A stretch of DNA of 64,000 nt, from NCBI GenBank assembly GCA_036387555.1, contig DASVTN010000014.1, forward strand, positions 1,734 through 65,733, read 5' to 3'. The notes beneath the pieces were generated by a model. It saw only the letters and a program-made list of their open reading frames with translations, searched no databases and was not told the origin of the DNA. The stretch is from Allosphingosinicella sp. (GTDB lineage: Bacteria; Pseudomonadota; Alphaproteobacteria; Sphingomonadales; Sphingomonadaceae). The position numbers were made by a program, and so were the translations under genes. Every line of letters begins with the position of its first letter. The first letter of the stretch is position 1. Shown here piece after piece: positions 53,301 to 62,014 of the stretch.

Positions 53301-55335
53301 TGGCGATATTGCCGACGACGCTGCCCACGACAACGTTGGCGGCTTCGCCGGCGAGCCCGTCGATTCCGATCGCAGCGATCAGCTCGGCCGTGATGACGGA
53401 AGAAATGGCGCCGACGCCGGCGTTCCTGATATCGACGTCGAAATCGTCGAAGCCGATAGTGCTGGTGTCGCCGAAGATGTCGTCCACCTCCTGGAAGAGG
53501 TTGCGGGCGAGCTCGCCCGCGGTGACGCTGACTACCCGCGCCGCGAGCGGGTTCTCGATTCCGAACAGACGCGACAGGTTCGAGCCGAAGATCTGCGCGA
53601 TGTGGGCGCCGCTGATCTCTTCGTTGGCCTTGCCCTTGGTGAAAAGACGGATTTTCGGCTCTTCGATTATCGGCCCGCTGAGTCCCTGGATCGTGCGCTG
53701 GCTGATCTCGATCACCGCATCGTCCCCCTCGAGATCGAACGGGGCCTCGGCGTCCATGAAGGACGGGCCGGCGCTGTCGGTCAGCGGCCGCGCGCTGTCG
53801 CCGACGCTCAGCCTCGCGGTGTTCTCGGTGGCCACGCCGTCCGCGGTTTCCCGCTGAACCGAGGTCAGGGTGCTGGCGCGCCTTCCGGTGATGACGATAT
53901 CGCCATTCTCGGCCGCCGGCCGTGCGTTATAGGCGCGTCGGAATGCAGCGAGTCCCTCGGGATTGAGGGAAATCTTGCCATCGGGTTCCATCCAGGTGAG
54001 ATCGGAGTATTCCATCCCCCCTTCCGCCGCGGGCTGCCAGAAGAGGCGGTCGAATATCTCCATCGACCGGTCGTAGGCTTCATTCAGAAAGGGCGGCCAC
54101 CGATCCCGAGCCAGATTTTCCCAGGTAAGGACGCCTTCACTCTCGAGGCGATCAACCTCGGTCACGACTCGATCGTCCCCGGACTGACCGTAGAGGACGA
54201 AGAGTATTTGGTCGTTGGAAGCGAACCTGCCCAATCCCGGCGTCGCCTGAATATCGATGCCGTGGGGGCCCATCACCGTGTAAAGCTTCGTCTGGGTAAC
54301 GCCCTGCGGGACCGCCGGATCGGTGGTGATCTGCCGGTATACCGACCCGTAGAAATTGTAGACGTCGGTGCCGAACTGGGCAATTTCGGCACGGTGATCG
54401 TAGAGGAGCTTCGCGACGTCGTAGATGTCGATCGCGGTGCTGACGATGTTGACGCCGGGGATGAGCTTGGGAAGCAGGCGCCTGAGCACCGCCGAGCCGA
54501 GCGCCTTCGGGTTCTGAAGGCCCCAGCGCACCAGCGAGAATGCGCCGTCCCGGTCGACCCGTTCGGCAACCTGTTCGAGCGCTTCCTGGGGGAGATGCCT
54601 TGGATTGAATGTCTCGTCGATGGGAATCCCGCGGCGGGCCGCCTCGGCTCGGGTCTCGTCGATAACGTTGCGGATTCCGGGATCGCGCGCCGAGTTGACG
54701 AGCGTGTCGCCGCCCATGGCCTTCGCGACGATCGCGCGCTCGTTCTGCACGGTCGTCAGCGGAGTCGTGCGCAGGGCTGTATTATGAGTGGCAACCGTCT
54801 CGCGACGGTAATTCGCGAGGTCGTCGCCCGATAGGGTGGCGGCATGCGCCGCGTTCCAGTGTGGGGACTGGGTGACTCCGACGTCGCTGCCGTTCATCAG
54901 GTAGCGGCCCAGGCCGCCGGGCTTGGTCGTTCCGTCAGGGTTGACATCGTCCATCAGGATGCCGGAGCTGCGCACCCGGGCGTCGTCGGTGACCCCGCGC
55001 ACCGCCTCGGCCAGCTGCCGTCGGGCGGCGGCCGGGTCGTTCGAAGTCTGGTTTGCAAGGTTCTGAAACCACGTCTGGCCGAGAATCTCGTCCAGGTTTT
55101 GGAGGATTTGAGCGGTATAGGCCGGATGCGAGCCATGATGCATTGACCGCGGCAGATACTGGCCGTTGCTCGCGGCGGAGCCCGGATCGTAAATTTGGCG
55201 AACGTCGTCGCGCAGCAGCTGCCGGATCGCCGGATGGCCCCATAGCTCCTTGGGGATGACGTGCTGGCGCTCATAACCTGCAACAGGCGGAAGGAACCTG
55301 TCGAAGCGGCTGCTGGGGACGTACGGATTGGCCAT
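38329..55335 (-). CDS. Giant T1SS-secreted RTX/cadherin protein with N-terminal AHH-like nuclease domain (5668 aa)
   Basis: Many GGxGxDxLx nonapeptides, cadherin motifs (DYE, DVNE), PxVLDLDGDG modules, C-terminal MVQDMASF-type signal; N-terminal QHVIP...NGQYLP...HHGSHPAY. Confidence 0.92.
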   Translation of the reverse strand: MANPYVPSSRFDRFLPPVAGYERQHVIPKELWGHPAIRQLLRDDVRQIYDPGSAASNGQYLPRSMHHGSHPAYTAQILQNLDEILGQTWFQNLANQTSNDPAAARRQLAEAVRGVTDDARVRSSGILMDDVNPDGTTKPGGLGRYLMNGSDVGVTQSPHWNAAHAATLSGDDLANYRRETVATHNTALRTTPLTTVQNERAIVAKAMGGDTLVNSARDPGIRNVIDETRAEAARRGIPIDETFNPRHLPQEALEQVAERVDRDGAFSLVRWGLQNPKALGSAVLRRLLPKLIPGVNIVSTAIDIYDVAKLLYDHRAEIAQFGTDVYNFYGSVYRQITTDPAVPQGVTQTKLYTVMGPHGIDIQATPGLGRFASNDQILFVLYGQSGDDRVVTEVDRLESEGVLTWENLARDRWPPFLNEAYDRSMEIFDRLFWQPAAEGGMEYSDLTWMEPDGKISLNPEGLAAFRRAYNARPAAENGDIVITGRRASTLTSVQRETADGVATENTARLSVGDSARPLTDSAGPSFMDAEAPFDLEGDDAVIEISQRTIQGLSGPIIEEPKIRLFTKGKANEEISGAHIAQIFGSNLSRLFGIENPLAARVVSVTAGELARNLFQEVDDIFGDTSTIGFDDFDVDIRNAGVGAISSVITAELIAAIGIDGLAGEAANVVVGSVVGNIATKLAAGASTANALSGAINLSQIGNAFGSFVGSTLAAEVVNFETVGGQIGSAIGSALGGYALGALFAQKFGALGLAAGPLGAAVGAFLGFIVGGLIGSVFGGTPRSGADAVWDEQKGEFTVANAYSKKGGSKDAAVSVATAVATSLNGVLAATGGQLTNSGAVQSGNYGMRKSDFVYRPVSTRDKHAITRRFHGDNAPVQITNYGVWQALSDPDFQITGGDIYAKRALGGIIAIARETGQTDENFSLTGLFGDLTVAQDYAFYAANSQIMNGIFALFPDNAFSIGWAATAARGLELGLNRRAASDWAGGYGSWLDLLGDGQIGGASLSTDRVRQGYDQETGERWWEIVRADGGGSYVLDGVNSADITHIAGTEGADRVVLAHTDRPDGRFRVGGADVLASAAGFTVNGEAGSAGPLTVDVTAAIDAGGGDDEVHVGDMGNTAFGGAGNDHLFGGKLDDWLIGGEGDDRLYSGDGTIGGAPVGLGGDGNYLDGGAGNDHVYGREGSDWLEGGDGTDFLEGGDGDDILAGGGGLDTLRGGRGNDQYLVRLGDGSDRAEEGSQVVVGSQGLAPSSRVAWLAANPGKRNWLGDIADIAEAIDRRGNGETNVVAAVEAGWDDAIVFGEGITLSDVAIKRVESDLEIGLTDGTKMVVAGWFADPFKRIEWLKFADGEELRLADLDTFTVGGAGDDVLEGDEQRNFIHGGAGDDYIRLHANDDVGVGGSGSDALFGDEDDDLLVGGTGHDKVFGGIGHDRLSGDLGDDALVGEQGDDVLAGGRGDDTLSGGTGSNVFRFSRGDGRDRIIAPVAPSAPAASAGFAPAGDDADGAAVEQNFVNPQLIYDGIEQAMDVSLFGANYLQGGFAFTKSAVQGTTKYKVTQSVAPPPSGETTSDTVEFAVGINIQDIVFSLSGGDLVATVSSENSTAAGSDSITFEGWDGIAANHIAAFTFYQTGRLEVGGDKTVIRAGGDGVDILNGDHRGDWMTSGAGDDELDGAGGADILNGGGGNDRIDGGDGNDVLYGGAGQDRIAGGLGADVISGGAGTDTASYAQSSGGVTARLSGSATNDGEAQGDTYAGIENLTGGGGDDRLGGDELDNVLEGGAGADILSGLEGDDSYDWKRGHGNDVIADTAVEIIRADGSFNPFYKVDWSFATRNTNSNSASGPGQYVNPQVGSGGEPEIEYTWRATVTGADGAVVFDGGSWVTSDSEPPVQALLATTAWTNGYARTGNGQQVARAWSADETGGVDTLALGEGISLSDLEFAWSGDDLLITVDGSDDSIITLRDQRGPNAAKTRIETLQLHDGQAVNLASVMHGAGGQESDLVAGNEQAQAMSGGAGNDVLWGGGGGDSLSGGEGDDVFESGVDAERFFGGAEGVDSGDNDTVRYVRSGAGVTVDLALQTAQVSQGSASGDLLHGIENVTGSIFGDRLTGDSKANRLIGLAGDNILTGNDGDDVLTALGGADVLDGGEGEDALAGGDGNDTLRGGAGKDFLDGGDGNDTLQAGAGDDQLHGGDGGGTLDGGGGDDLIVGGIGDDTMLGGDGDDRFVIEAGSGTDTITDDLGKNAIVFGEGVDRSRLWFTKDGDQLRIGVIGSDQVVKVEGFFATPNIPANVELIEAGGYSLYLNGTRAQTLIQRMINAHPGVAPTAMDSAIGSDLDLYWSRGNSAPENLALETPGPITVVEGTSALSAGGSTPRFVATDPEGESITWSLLDDLDGRFGIDAQTGVLSVRDPAKLDYETATSHSLTIRATDAQGAFTDHSATVAVTDRVDVLAGDDGDNVLKGQSGQDLLLGHGGNDVLEGGPGADTLDGGDGTDIARYAGAAGSVWADLEAKTGRAEGAVDTLISIEGVEGSAYGDMLLGSSAADILRGGAGDDSLDGRAGADQMAGGAGSDVYFVDDLADAVTELPGEGADEVRTGLADYTLAAGVEKLTGLSTAAGQTLRDNGLDNIVTGTAAADAIYLRGGGSDTAFGGDGNDGFYMGGTLDSSDRIDGGANPAGKLDFMILQGNTNLVLTGEMLRGIEWLYPYTGSKAEFGDSGLNRYSYVLAAADSLVAAGATFIVDGATLLEGESLSFDGSAETDGIFQVYGGNGVDTLIGGAGGDMFTFDPGRFAAGDTVVGGAGFDTLRFYGGLTATFAANSFRGIDSMTLAAGRGTTLSNYNLTTADSNVAAGQTLVVDAGTLRATETVTFNGAAETDGAFAITGGAGNDVLTGGAGADTLAGGLGDDSLTGGAGADQMAGGAGNDVYFVVESAGDSITEHADEGTDEVRTALAAYTLSANVENLTFSGTGTFRGTGNASDNIIRGGSSNDYFYLRDGGNDTVYGDAGNDWIYVGKALSAGDVFDGGAGISDQLALQGNYLVTLTAQQLTNVEYLYVMSGTDTFGQDMSNSRYSYDVTTVDANVAAGARLNVDGWYLVAGENFTFNGSAETDGSFLIYGGRGADKLTGGAGNDILSFEEGRWQSGDKVAGGAGADTMKLKGGYTIAFAADSMSGIETLQLSVGTPLTSYLYALTMNDGNVAAGQTLKVDGSTLRATETLTFDGSAETDGSFQVLGGAAADSLVGGSGADSLTGGAGNDVIDGRAGADAMDGGAGDDLFFVDNGADAITERAAEGMDEVRTAIADYTLAANVEKLTATSTTAGQTLRANAGHNIVTGTAFNDWFYLGTGGDDTATGGAGTDVFLMGASFTSADRIDGGAGIDQIAFQGNYALSVGAAAAAGIESFAILSGSDVRFGDSGLNRYNYVLTTQDDLIGSGAQTTFNASGLLANESFTLNGSAETDGRFLIWAGLGTDSLTGGGGADTFNFAEDRWQAADKVVGGEGIDTVMLRGNHSITFAQTALSGVEILSLASGPSRNTTFAYNLTMHNGNVAAGQALTVDGSNLAGVDAFTFDGRAEKDGSFVIKGGASNDVLTGGEGNDTIDGGAGDDVLDGIAGSDKLTGGEGNDIIYGGAGIDTLEGGIGNDKLYAEGDDDTLDGGAGKDLMSGHTGSDVFIMTRSSEQDTVENYNPSGSDQDVLAFRGTHGSIVREDLWFERVNDQGVKDSAGLHLRISVIGSTATATVSRWFADANPNPYRIKLITTEMHFSTDVNVTEMVALMGDLAKPASAAEAQAHLSDPVYKDKWAGAWYINKAPVLTDITAKTVASGSTLPVTVHATDDITPATAITPDFLVVGGDGVIAGHSWGLANAAGERTLNIATIATKEGTAEVEVTVMDAGGRKISDRFTVTAIGVPDMPTIGNFAGAGTSGQAGGVPLELAISFPDKDGSEVQEIAIAGVPAGVTLSAGTRDSATGIWKLTLAATEGLKINAPAGWSQDLTLTVTAKATENGSSATATKTAVIVLNAPPTDATLSGSVDENATVGTAVGTVTGTDPDPGDKLSYKLLDSAGGRFALIGDALVVSDGALLNFEAATSHNITVEVKDPSGQTLNKVIAVPVNNVNEANSLPATYAMGVNENVAVGTTVGSVTATDVDSAATALGQQRYSFWNGSAPVSTSTDGRYTIDPVSGAIKTAVAMDFESMTAPVDYAVIARDNAGNAPYFQAQTTVTITVGDVNEKNSFPSPYAFSVAENLAAGSPVGTIKANDLDRPGTLNAQQRYFFWNGSAGVATSSDGRYAINEATGAITTLQGLDRETMNPTTYRVVAFDGGTPSFGAGGDVTITVSDVNERPNALALQSQTLHSETLAGESGHSGRTIASFGLSDPDGIVPSLAIVGGNPHGWFTTGGGDLRFNHADFSAHWLRSTLGSYGQDSGWYHDSDGDGLKEIRVATLTLAAVDAGGLQGDPFTYNVLIEDRNEAPAWSAGYTFGINENPASYAWVGTVTGSDVDGPAGELRYGFSDWSIYHDGNIGYVSRSPDGRFLINNQNGNVYLNGTQAMDYEAGQRSFSYATTIRDRAAGPHSLSQAGTLTINLQNVNEAHSLGAHAITVNENHSPSAYVPVATTAGVNDPAAVMLSDPEGGAMRWQFANGTTADGPWRIDASTGKIWQGDPVDYEALTRQTTYESHWNGYEEVTYPVTTFDPSRAVFNLAVQAVDDGIGYAATSNLQVTVADVNEPVTVTSAGIYRSGGGAVVMNTYTDYYVRSDRNNGSIVNIYANDPEGRGLTYSIGNQVTREINVTYGGADEIDGGYPVLTMDSYGTLGFTVYGDPDWEGGTKINSQRRTLSIEYSFDLYVTDSAGLTTTVPYKVTFLRRNSTVPPVVLDLDGDGIELVSYNGSTVKFDMDADGVKDSTGWVGADDGLLALDRDGDGMINQISEISFVGDVSGATSDLEGLKAYDSDGDGSLDAGDARYGEFRIWRDSNQDGVSQAGELRSLAEAGVSSINLDLVRTGQEPAGTDNVLYATTQWTDGTGVSHAVGDVFFAYDPSNLDTIAAPIVIDYDGDGSGLVSIRESEARFDMDGDGVADRTGWIARGDALLALDRNGDGIVNDVGEISFTGDKPGAQTDLEGLAGFDTNADGLFSALDERFGDFRLWFDRNGDGTSNRGELRTLEQAGIASISLGGEKLAGGGQSSGSNLIFAKGSFTRDDGSTGGLLDAGLAYLPGGGDSTVAFSGWDGGAAPAGPAAEPKAADHKNLRKDGTMMMEIPQVMEAQNAPAMTGEGEPEDSPAARSSAQAKADLAPQAAELAKRSFEGREGRYSMTASGGSLFVTGNKPEGAVDSRVQEVRPGSLLSFRNGTVGLVAPLVLDLDGDGVELTRRGKSKARFDMDGNGSRDDTGWISRQDGFLVVDLDGDGRITSPAELSLLGLKPDAKSGLDALAALDSDKNGSIDSKDSRFGELKIWVDANGNGVTEAGELQSLADRGIASVGLAARAAADTTVKIGRNALLATSTFTRADGSIGSVGDAALAFRPGKPAASAASAIRQVAATLRSDPATAARAFDERLSGKLESLRAGLNSRPFLSLAADGDSAFERHDRAQDAVVKRETSLVQMDVPALQVPVKEEESAQAEAAAATAVAPADELRLARMVQDMASFGLRSGEGEWKGRHQASQTFDYFA

Positions 55336-55349
55336 TGAGCCTCTCGCTT

Positions 55350-56072
55350 CTAGATGCCCGATGCAGGCGCATTGAAGCCGACGTTGCTGACCGCCGGCTT
55401 CATGCGCTTGATCTTTTGGTGGAGATGGTTCGACACGATCGGACTGCGGTGATCGTGCCTGAATAAGTGCCAGCTCGGATCGATGTCCTCGAGAATCCGC
55501 ACCGAGTAATAGGAAGCGGGCCGCGGCTCGATGCGGCGGCCCTCATAATCCTCGCCGCCCTGGTAGACGACGAACGAATTCGCGTAATCGACGGCTTCAG
55601 CCGCCCGGATGACGTCGACGAAATGATGGTCCTCGTCGAAGACGTTGCCCTCAAGATCCATCATCACGATAGGTTTGTGGACGATCGCTTGGGGGTCCGT
55701 TTCGAGGACCAGGTCGAGCAACCGGGTGCTCATCACCAGGAGACCGTAGGCTTGCCAGAAGTCTGGAAGCCCATTCTTTCGAGCCTTCGGCTTGAATTGA
55801 AAAGTGGACGGGACAGGCAGCAAATCAACGCCGCGCCCCATGCCGTAGGGACCGTGTGGCGGCTCGTTGCGCCAGCCGAAGGTCGCATCGGTGGGGTGCT
55901 GGCGGAAGCCGTCGATCAGCACCCAGTAGCGGTTATCGTCTTGTGCAGGCGCGACCGGCGGCCGGACCAGGACCCGCTCGCCATCCTTGATGTCGTTCGG
56001 GATAAGCGGGGTGCGGGACGGCGGCAGAAGCGCGTCGCCCGGGACGTCGATGTGGCGGTTGAATGAACTCAT
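55350..56072 (-). CDS. Putative immunity protein (Imm11/DUF1629-like)
   Basis: LPDFW...LLVMSTRLLDLV...HFVDVIRAAEAVDYANS...HLFR...IVSxxL pattern; stop 14 nt before the toxin ATG. Confidence 0.7.
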   Translation of the reverse strand: MSSFNRHIDVPGDALLPPSRTPLIPNDIKDGERVLVRPPVAPAQDDNRYWVLIDGFRQHPTDATFGWRNEPPHGPYGMGRGVDLLPVPSTFQFKPKARKNGLPDFWQAYGLLVMSTRLLDLVLETDPQAIVHKPIVMMDLEGNVFDEDHHFVDVIRAAEAVDYANSFVVYQGGEDYEGRRIEPRPASYYSVRILEDIDPSWHLFRHDHRSPIVSNHLHQKIKRMKPAVSNVGFNAPASGI

Positions 56073-56506
56073 GACGATTCCTCCAGTCGGATCGATAGAC
56101 CGGGGGTTTCCCTGATCGTCTTCCGCTGGCGTCGCAAGCGCTCCAGCCGCTCGCGCGCCTCCGTCAGGCCTGGCTTGGCAGGGCCGTGGTCGAGGCGTTG
56201 CAGGCTTCCAGCCCCACCTTTCGTCGCGGGCGGGTTGTAGACGATTGTGACTCCGCCGCTCTCCCTGGCCGCCGCCCGGTAGAGTTTCTCGGCCCTCGCG
56301 AAGTCCCGGGAGACTCCCCTGCCCTCCTCGTATCGAATGCCAAGCTCCAGTTGAGCCTGCTTGTCGCCCGCGCCGGCACGGCGGGCCAGCGTCTGGAGAG
56401 CGGGATCGGCCGCGCCGGGCGCAAGGGGAATGAAAGAGTAGGTCTGCGGCGAGGCACAGGCGGCGAACGCCAGCGGCGCCGCGGCGAGGCCCAGCCCCGC
56501 ACGCAC
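56069..56506 (-). CDS. SEL1-repeat lipoprotein (alternative ATG at 56569)
   Basis: Lipobox LAFAAC; AGDKQAQLELGIRYEEGRGVSRDFARAEKLYRAAA SEL1 repeat; ATGA overlap with next gene. Confidence 0.8.
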   Translation of the reverse strand: MRAGLGLAAAPLAFAACASPQTYSFIPLAPGAADPALQTLARRAGAGDKQAQLELGIRYEEGRGVSRDFARAEKLYRAAARESGGVTIVYNPPATKGGAGSLQRLDHGPAKPGLTEARERLERLRRQRKTIRETPGLSIRLEESS

Positions 56507-56871
56507 CTTGTACCCCGCCCTGGCCCAACCCCCTCGAAGCACCTCTCGGGCTCCCCTTCCCCAAATCATTTCCAATGCGCCGCCCGCCTTCACGCGCGGC
56601 AAAGACAGTGACCCGTCCCCGTTTCCTCGCTGCCTTCGGCCGGACCGGCGAGCAAGCTCGAAACGCAGATAGTTCCACTGTGGAATCAATAGTTTGGCGA
56701 GTGGCCGAAATGCTCGATAAATGCGCATCCGTAACGTCCTCCAATTCGCGCCAAATCGGCGGCTATCGGGCGGTCCTGATCGCTGCGCCGGCGACGGCGA
56801 ATCAATGGAACGCCTTTGGGCGTCCAGCCGTTGCCGCCTCCGCGGCGCCATCCGGATCGAGGATTTCCCGA

Positions 56872-57411
56872 TCAGCCCGGCGGGCCCTGCACGCCCGCGG
56901 CCAGATGCTCCATCAGCCGCTCCGCCGCCTGGTCGGAAAGCTCGATCAGCACTCCGCGGCGGTCGTTCGGGTCGGGGATGCGGACGAAGAGGCCGCGCTC
57001 GGTGAGCTCGCGGATCCAGCGCAGGGCGCTCGTGGTCGGGACCCCGGCGGCGATGCACAGGCTGGAGGTGCGGACGGCGCGGCCTTCGAGTCGGGCGGCG
57101 AGCAGGTCCAGCATCATGTCCCAGACCGGATCGGCGAACAGGTCGGCGCCGAAGGCGGCCGAGCGACTCCGCCTCTGCCGGATGAGCCCTTGCACGAACG
57201 CGGAGTCCAGCGCCGGGGCCGGAGCCGCGGCCTCGACCTGGGCGATCTCCCCGGCCAGCCGGCCGAGCTCCTCGGTCAGCTCGACCAGCCGCCGGGCCGC
57301 GACCGGGGCCCCGGCCGCGGCCGCGGCGCGCGGATCGCGCTGGGGACGGCGCGGAGCGGCCGTCCAGTGGGCCCCCACCGCCGGGCGCCGGGCGGCCGGA
57401 TCACCGCTCAC
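56872..57411 (-). CDS. MarR-like winged-helix regulator
   Basis: FADPVWDMMLDL, SSLCIAAGVPTTSALRWI, DPNDRR. Confidence 0.85.
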   Translation of the reverse strand: MSGDPAARRPAVGAHWTAAPRRPQRDPRAAAAAGAPVAARRLVELTEELGRLAGEIAQVEAAAPAPALDSAFVQGLIRQRRSRSAAFGADLFADPVWDMMLDLLAARLEGRAVRTSSLCIAAGVPTTSALRWIRELTERGLFVRIPDPNDRRGVLIELSDQAAERLMEHLAAGVQGPPG

Positions 57412-58845
57412 GGCCGGCCTCGTCCATCGCCTGCGATATGGGCGACAGCAGATACTGGATGATGCGGCGCTCGCCGGTCTTGATCTCGGCCTGGACGGCG
57501 AGGCCCGGGCCGATCGGCTGGCGGCGTCCGCCGATCTGGATCCAGCCTCGCGACAGCCTGATCCGGGCCGAGTACATGAGGCCGCCCGGCTGCCCCTTGC
57601 CGCCCTCGCCTCCCGGCTGCGCCTCCTGCTGGACGGCGTCGCGGCTGATCGTCTCGACGACCCCCTCGACGAGGCCGTAATCGGTGAACGGATAAGCTTC
57701 CAGCTTGACCCGGACCTTCTGGCCTTCGCGCACGAAGCCGATGTCGCGGTTGATGATCTGCGCCTCGACCTCGACCTCGCTTCCGGCGGGGACGATGACC
57801 ATCAGCGGCTGGGCGGGCTGGACGATACCGCCTATCGTGTGGACGGCGAGCTGCTGGACGATGCCGTCGACCGGTGAGCGGATCTGCTGGTAGAGGCGGC
57901 GGCGCTCGGACTTGCGGACCTCCTCGCTTCGAATGCCCGATTCGTCCTCGGCGGCGGAGAGGTCGGTCGCAGCCTTCCGGGCGAATTCCTCGCGGAGCTG
58001 GCGAAGCTGGGCGTCGATGTTGGCGATCGCGGCGCGCGACTTGGCGGCATGGCTCTCCTGCACGTCGATGTTGCGCATGTGCTCGACCCGCATCTGCTCA
58101 TATTCGAGCAGCTTGAGCTTCGAGAAATGGCCGCGCTCGGTGAGGTCCCGGCGAGCCTCGAGCTGCCGGTCGACCAGCGGCAGGGTCTGGCGCAGCTTGG
58201 CGATCTCCGCCGACGTCGCCGCGAGCTCGGCCGAGCGCTCCGCCCGGCTCTGGGCGAGCGAGGCGCGCTGGGCCTCATATTCGGCGACGGCGCTGCGGAT
58301 CATCTGGTTCTGGGTCTCGACGGTCTCGGGAGGCGTGCCCTCCGGCGCCCGGAACAGCGCCGGGCGGCCGGCGAGGTGGGCGAGGAGGGCGTCGTTGCGG
58401 GCCTCGGCGATCCGGGCGGTGAGAAGGCCGCGGCTGGCCTGGGCTTCCTCGGCACCGGCGACGGTCGGGTCGAGCTCGATCAGGAGCTGCCCCTTGCGCA
58501 CCCTCTGGCCGTTGCGGACGTGGATGGCGCGGACGGCGCCGATCTCCATCGGCTGGATCAGCTTGACGTTGGCCGCCGGAAGGGTCTTGCCGCTGGCCAC
58601 GGCGACGACATCGACCTTGCCGAGGAAGGACCAGGCGAGCGCGAGAGCGAAGAGCGTGCACAGGCTGAGCATCAGCAGGCGAAGGCCGGGGCTCGGGGGC
58701 TTCTCCATGATCTCGAGCGCCGCGGGCAGGAATTCGTGCTCGACGGTCGGCTTCTTCGTCCGGTCGGTCTCGTTCTGCCGGGCCCATGCCTCGCGAAGCA
58801 CGGCCAGGTGGCGGGACAGGGTCGGGAATCGTTCGGCGATCGCGC

Positions 58846-58849
<4 letters not shown>
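57401..58849 (-). CDS. HlyD family T1SS membrane fusion protein
   Basis: EFLPAALEIMEKPPSP, single TM, IRSPVDGIVQQLAVHTIGG, KLEAYPFTDYG, EIKTGERRIIQYLLSP. Confidence 0.95.
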
Positions 58850-61020
<2,171 letters not shown>

Positions 61021-61209
61021 CCCGCTCTTTGAAGGACGCAGGCCTCGGGCGCCCGCGCTCACGGGGCGAATCAGAAGCTGCGTTTTAAGGTTAAGTCGCT
61101 GTTATATATGCGAAATGCACCAGGACCAGCGGCAATTTGGTCCAAAAGACGGAGCAATTTTCAACAGCATCGGGAAGTAGGATAATTCACACCAGATCGG
61201 GGGATATTC

Positions 61210-61731
61210 TCAACGAAGCAGCCTGCCGACCGCACGCAGATACACCTCCATGCGCCTGCAGCCGTCTTCGGTCAGCTCGAGCAGGACCCGCCGCCGGTCG
61301 GTCGGATCGGGAAGGCGCCGGACAAGTCCCGTCCTGGCGAGCTGGTCTACCCAGCGAAGTGCCGAGGTCGCGGGAATTCCGGCCGCCACGCAGGCGCTTG
61401 AGACCGGAACCGGCCGCTTCGCGAATCGCGCCGACATGAGGTCGAGGAGTATGTCCCAGCCGGGATCGGCGAACGAGGAGGAGGCGAAATGGCGGAAGCG
61501 CAGCCGCCTCATCTCGATCAGCAGACCGAGCACTTCCTGGGGCGATTTCGAATATTTCGCGGGCGGCGGGCCAGGACCTTCGTCGTCCGCCGGGCGCTGG
61601 GCGAGCGCCGTGGCGATGTGGGCGGCTTCCTCGCTCAGCGCCTTGAGGCGCAGGACGACGGGATCGTCGTTCCGGACAATTCCCGATCTCGATCGCCCTG
61701 CCACGCCGATCCCAGCCCCGGAAGGTCCCAT
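61210..61731 (-). CDS. MarR-like winged-helix regulator (paralog of 56872-57411)
   Basis: FADPGWDILLDL, SSACVAAGIPATSALRWV, DPTDRRR; start uncertain. Confidence 0.82.
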   Translation of the reverse strand: MGPSGAGIGVAGRSRSGIVRNDDPVVLRLKALSEEAAHIATALAQRPADDEGPGPPPAKYSKSPQEVLGLLIEMRRLRFRHFASSSFADPGWDILLDLMSARFAKRPVPVSSACVAAGIPATSALRWVDQLARTGLVRRLPDPTDRRRVLLELTEDGCRRMEVYLRAVGRLLR

Positions 61732-62014
61732 TCGGGACGGTTGAGTTCTTTCCTATGCCCGCTCGGCCAGAGCGATGATCCGAGGCCATCAGCCATGGCA
61801 CAAGCCAGGTGTGGAGGCAATTTCTCCGGGGGACATGCGAAGGGCTTTGACGTTGAGCGGCGTGGCGGCGCAGCCTGGGGTGAGAACGGGCGCCCGCGTT
61901 GCCCTGAAACAACAGCGCGTATCCGGAATTCTCTTCGGCAATTAAAGGGTTGGAATCCCGCTTCCTTCCCTGTAAACCCACTGGCGAAACAACGAAAAGC
62001 AGGGAGCTAGTCCT

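Noticed and set aside
56073-57058. 464-aa and 329-aa long versions of the immunity and SEL1 ORFs
   Set aside because: Extensions overlap neighbouring genes; starts at 56072 and 56506/56569 give coherent proteins.
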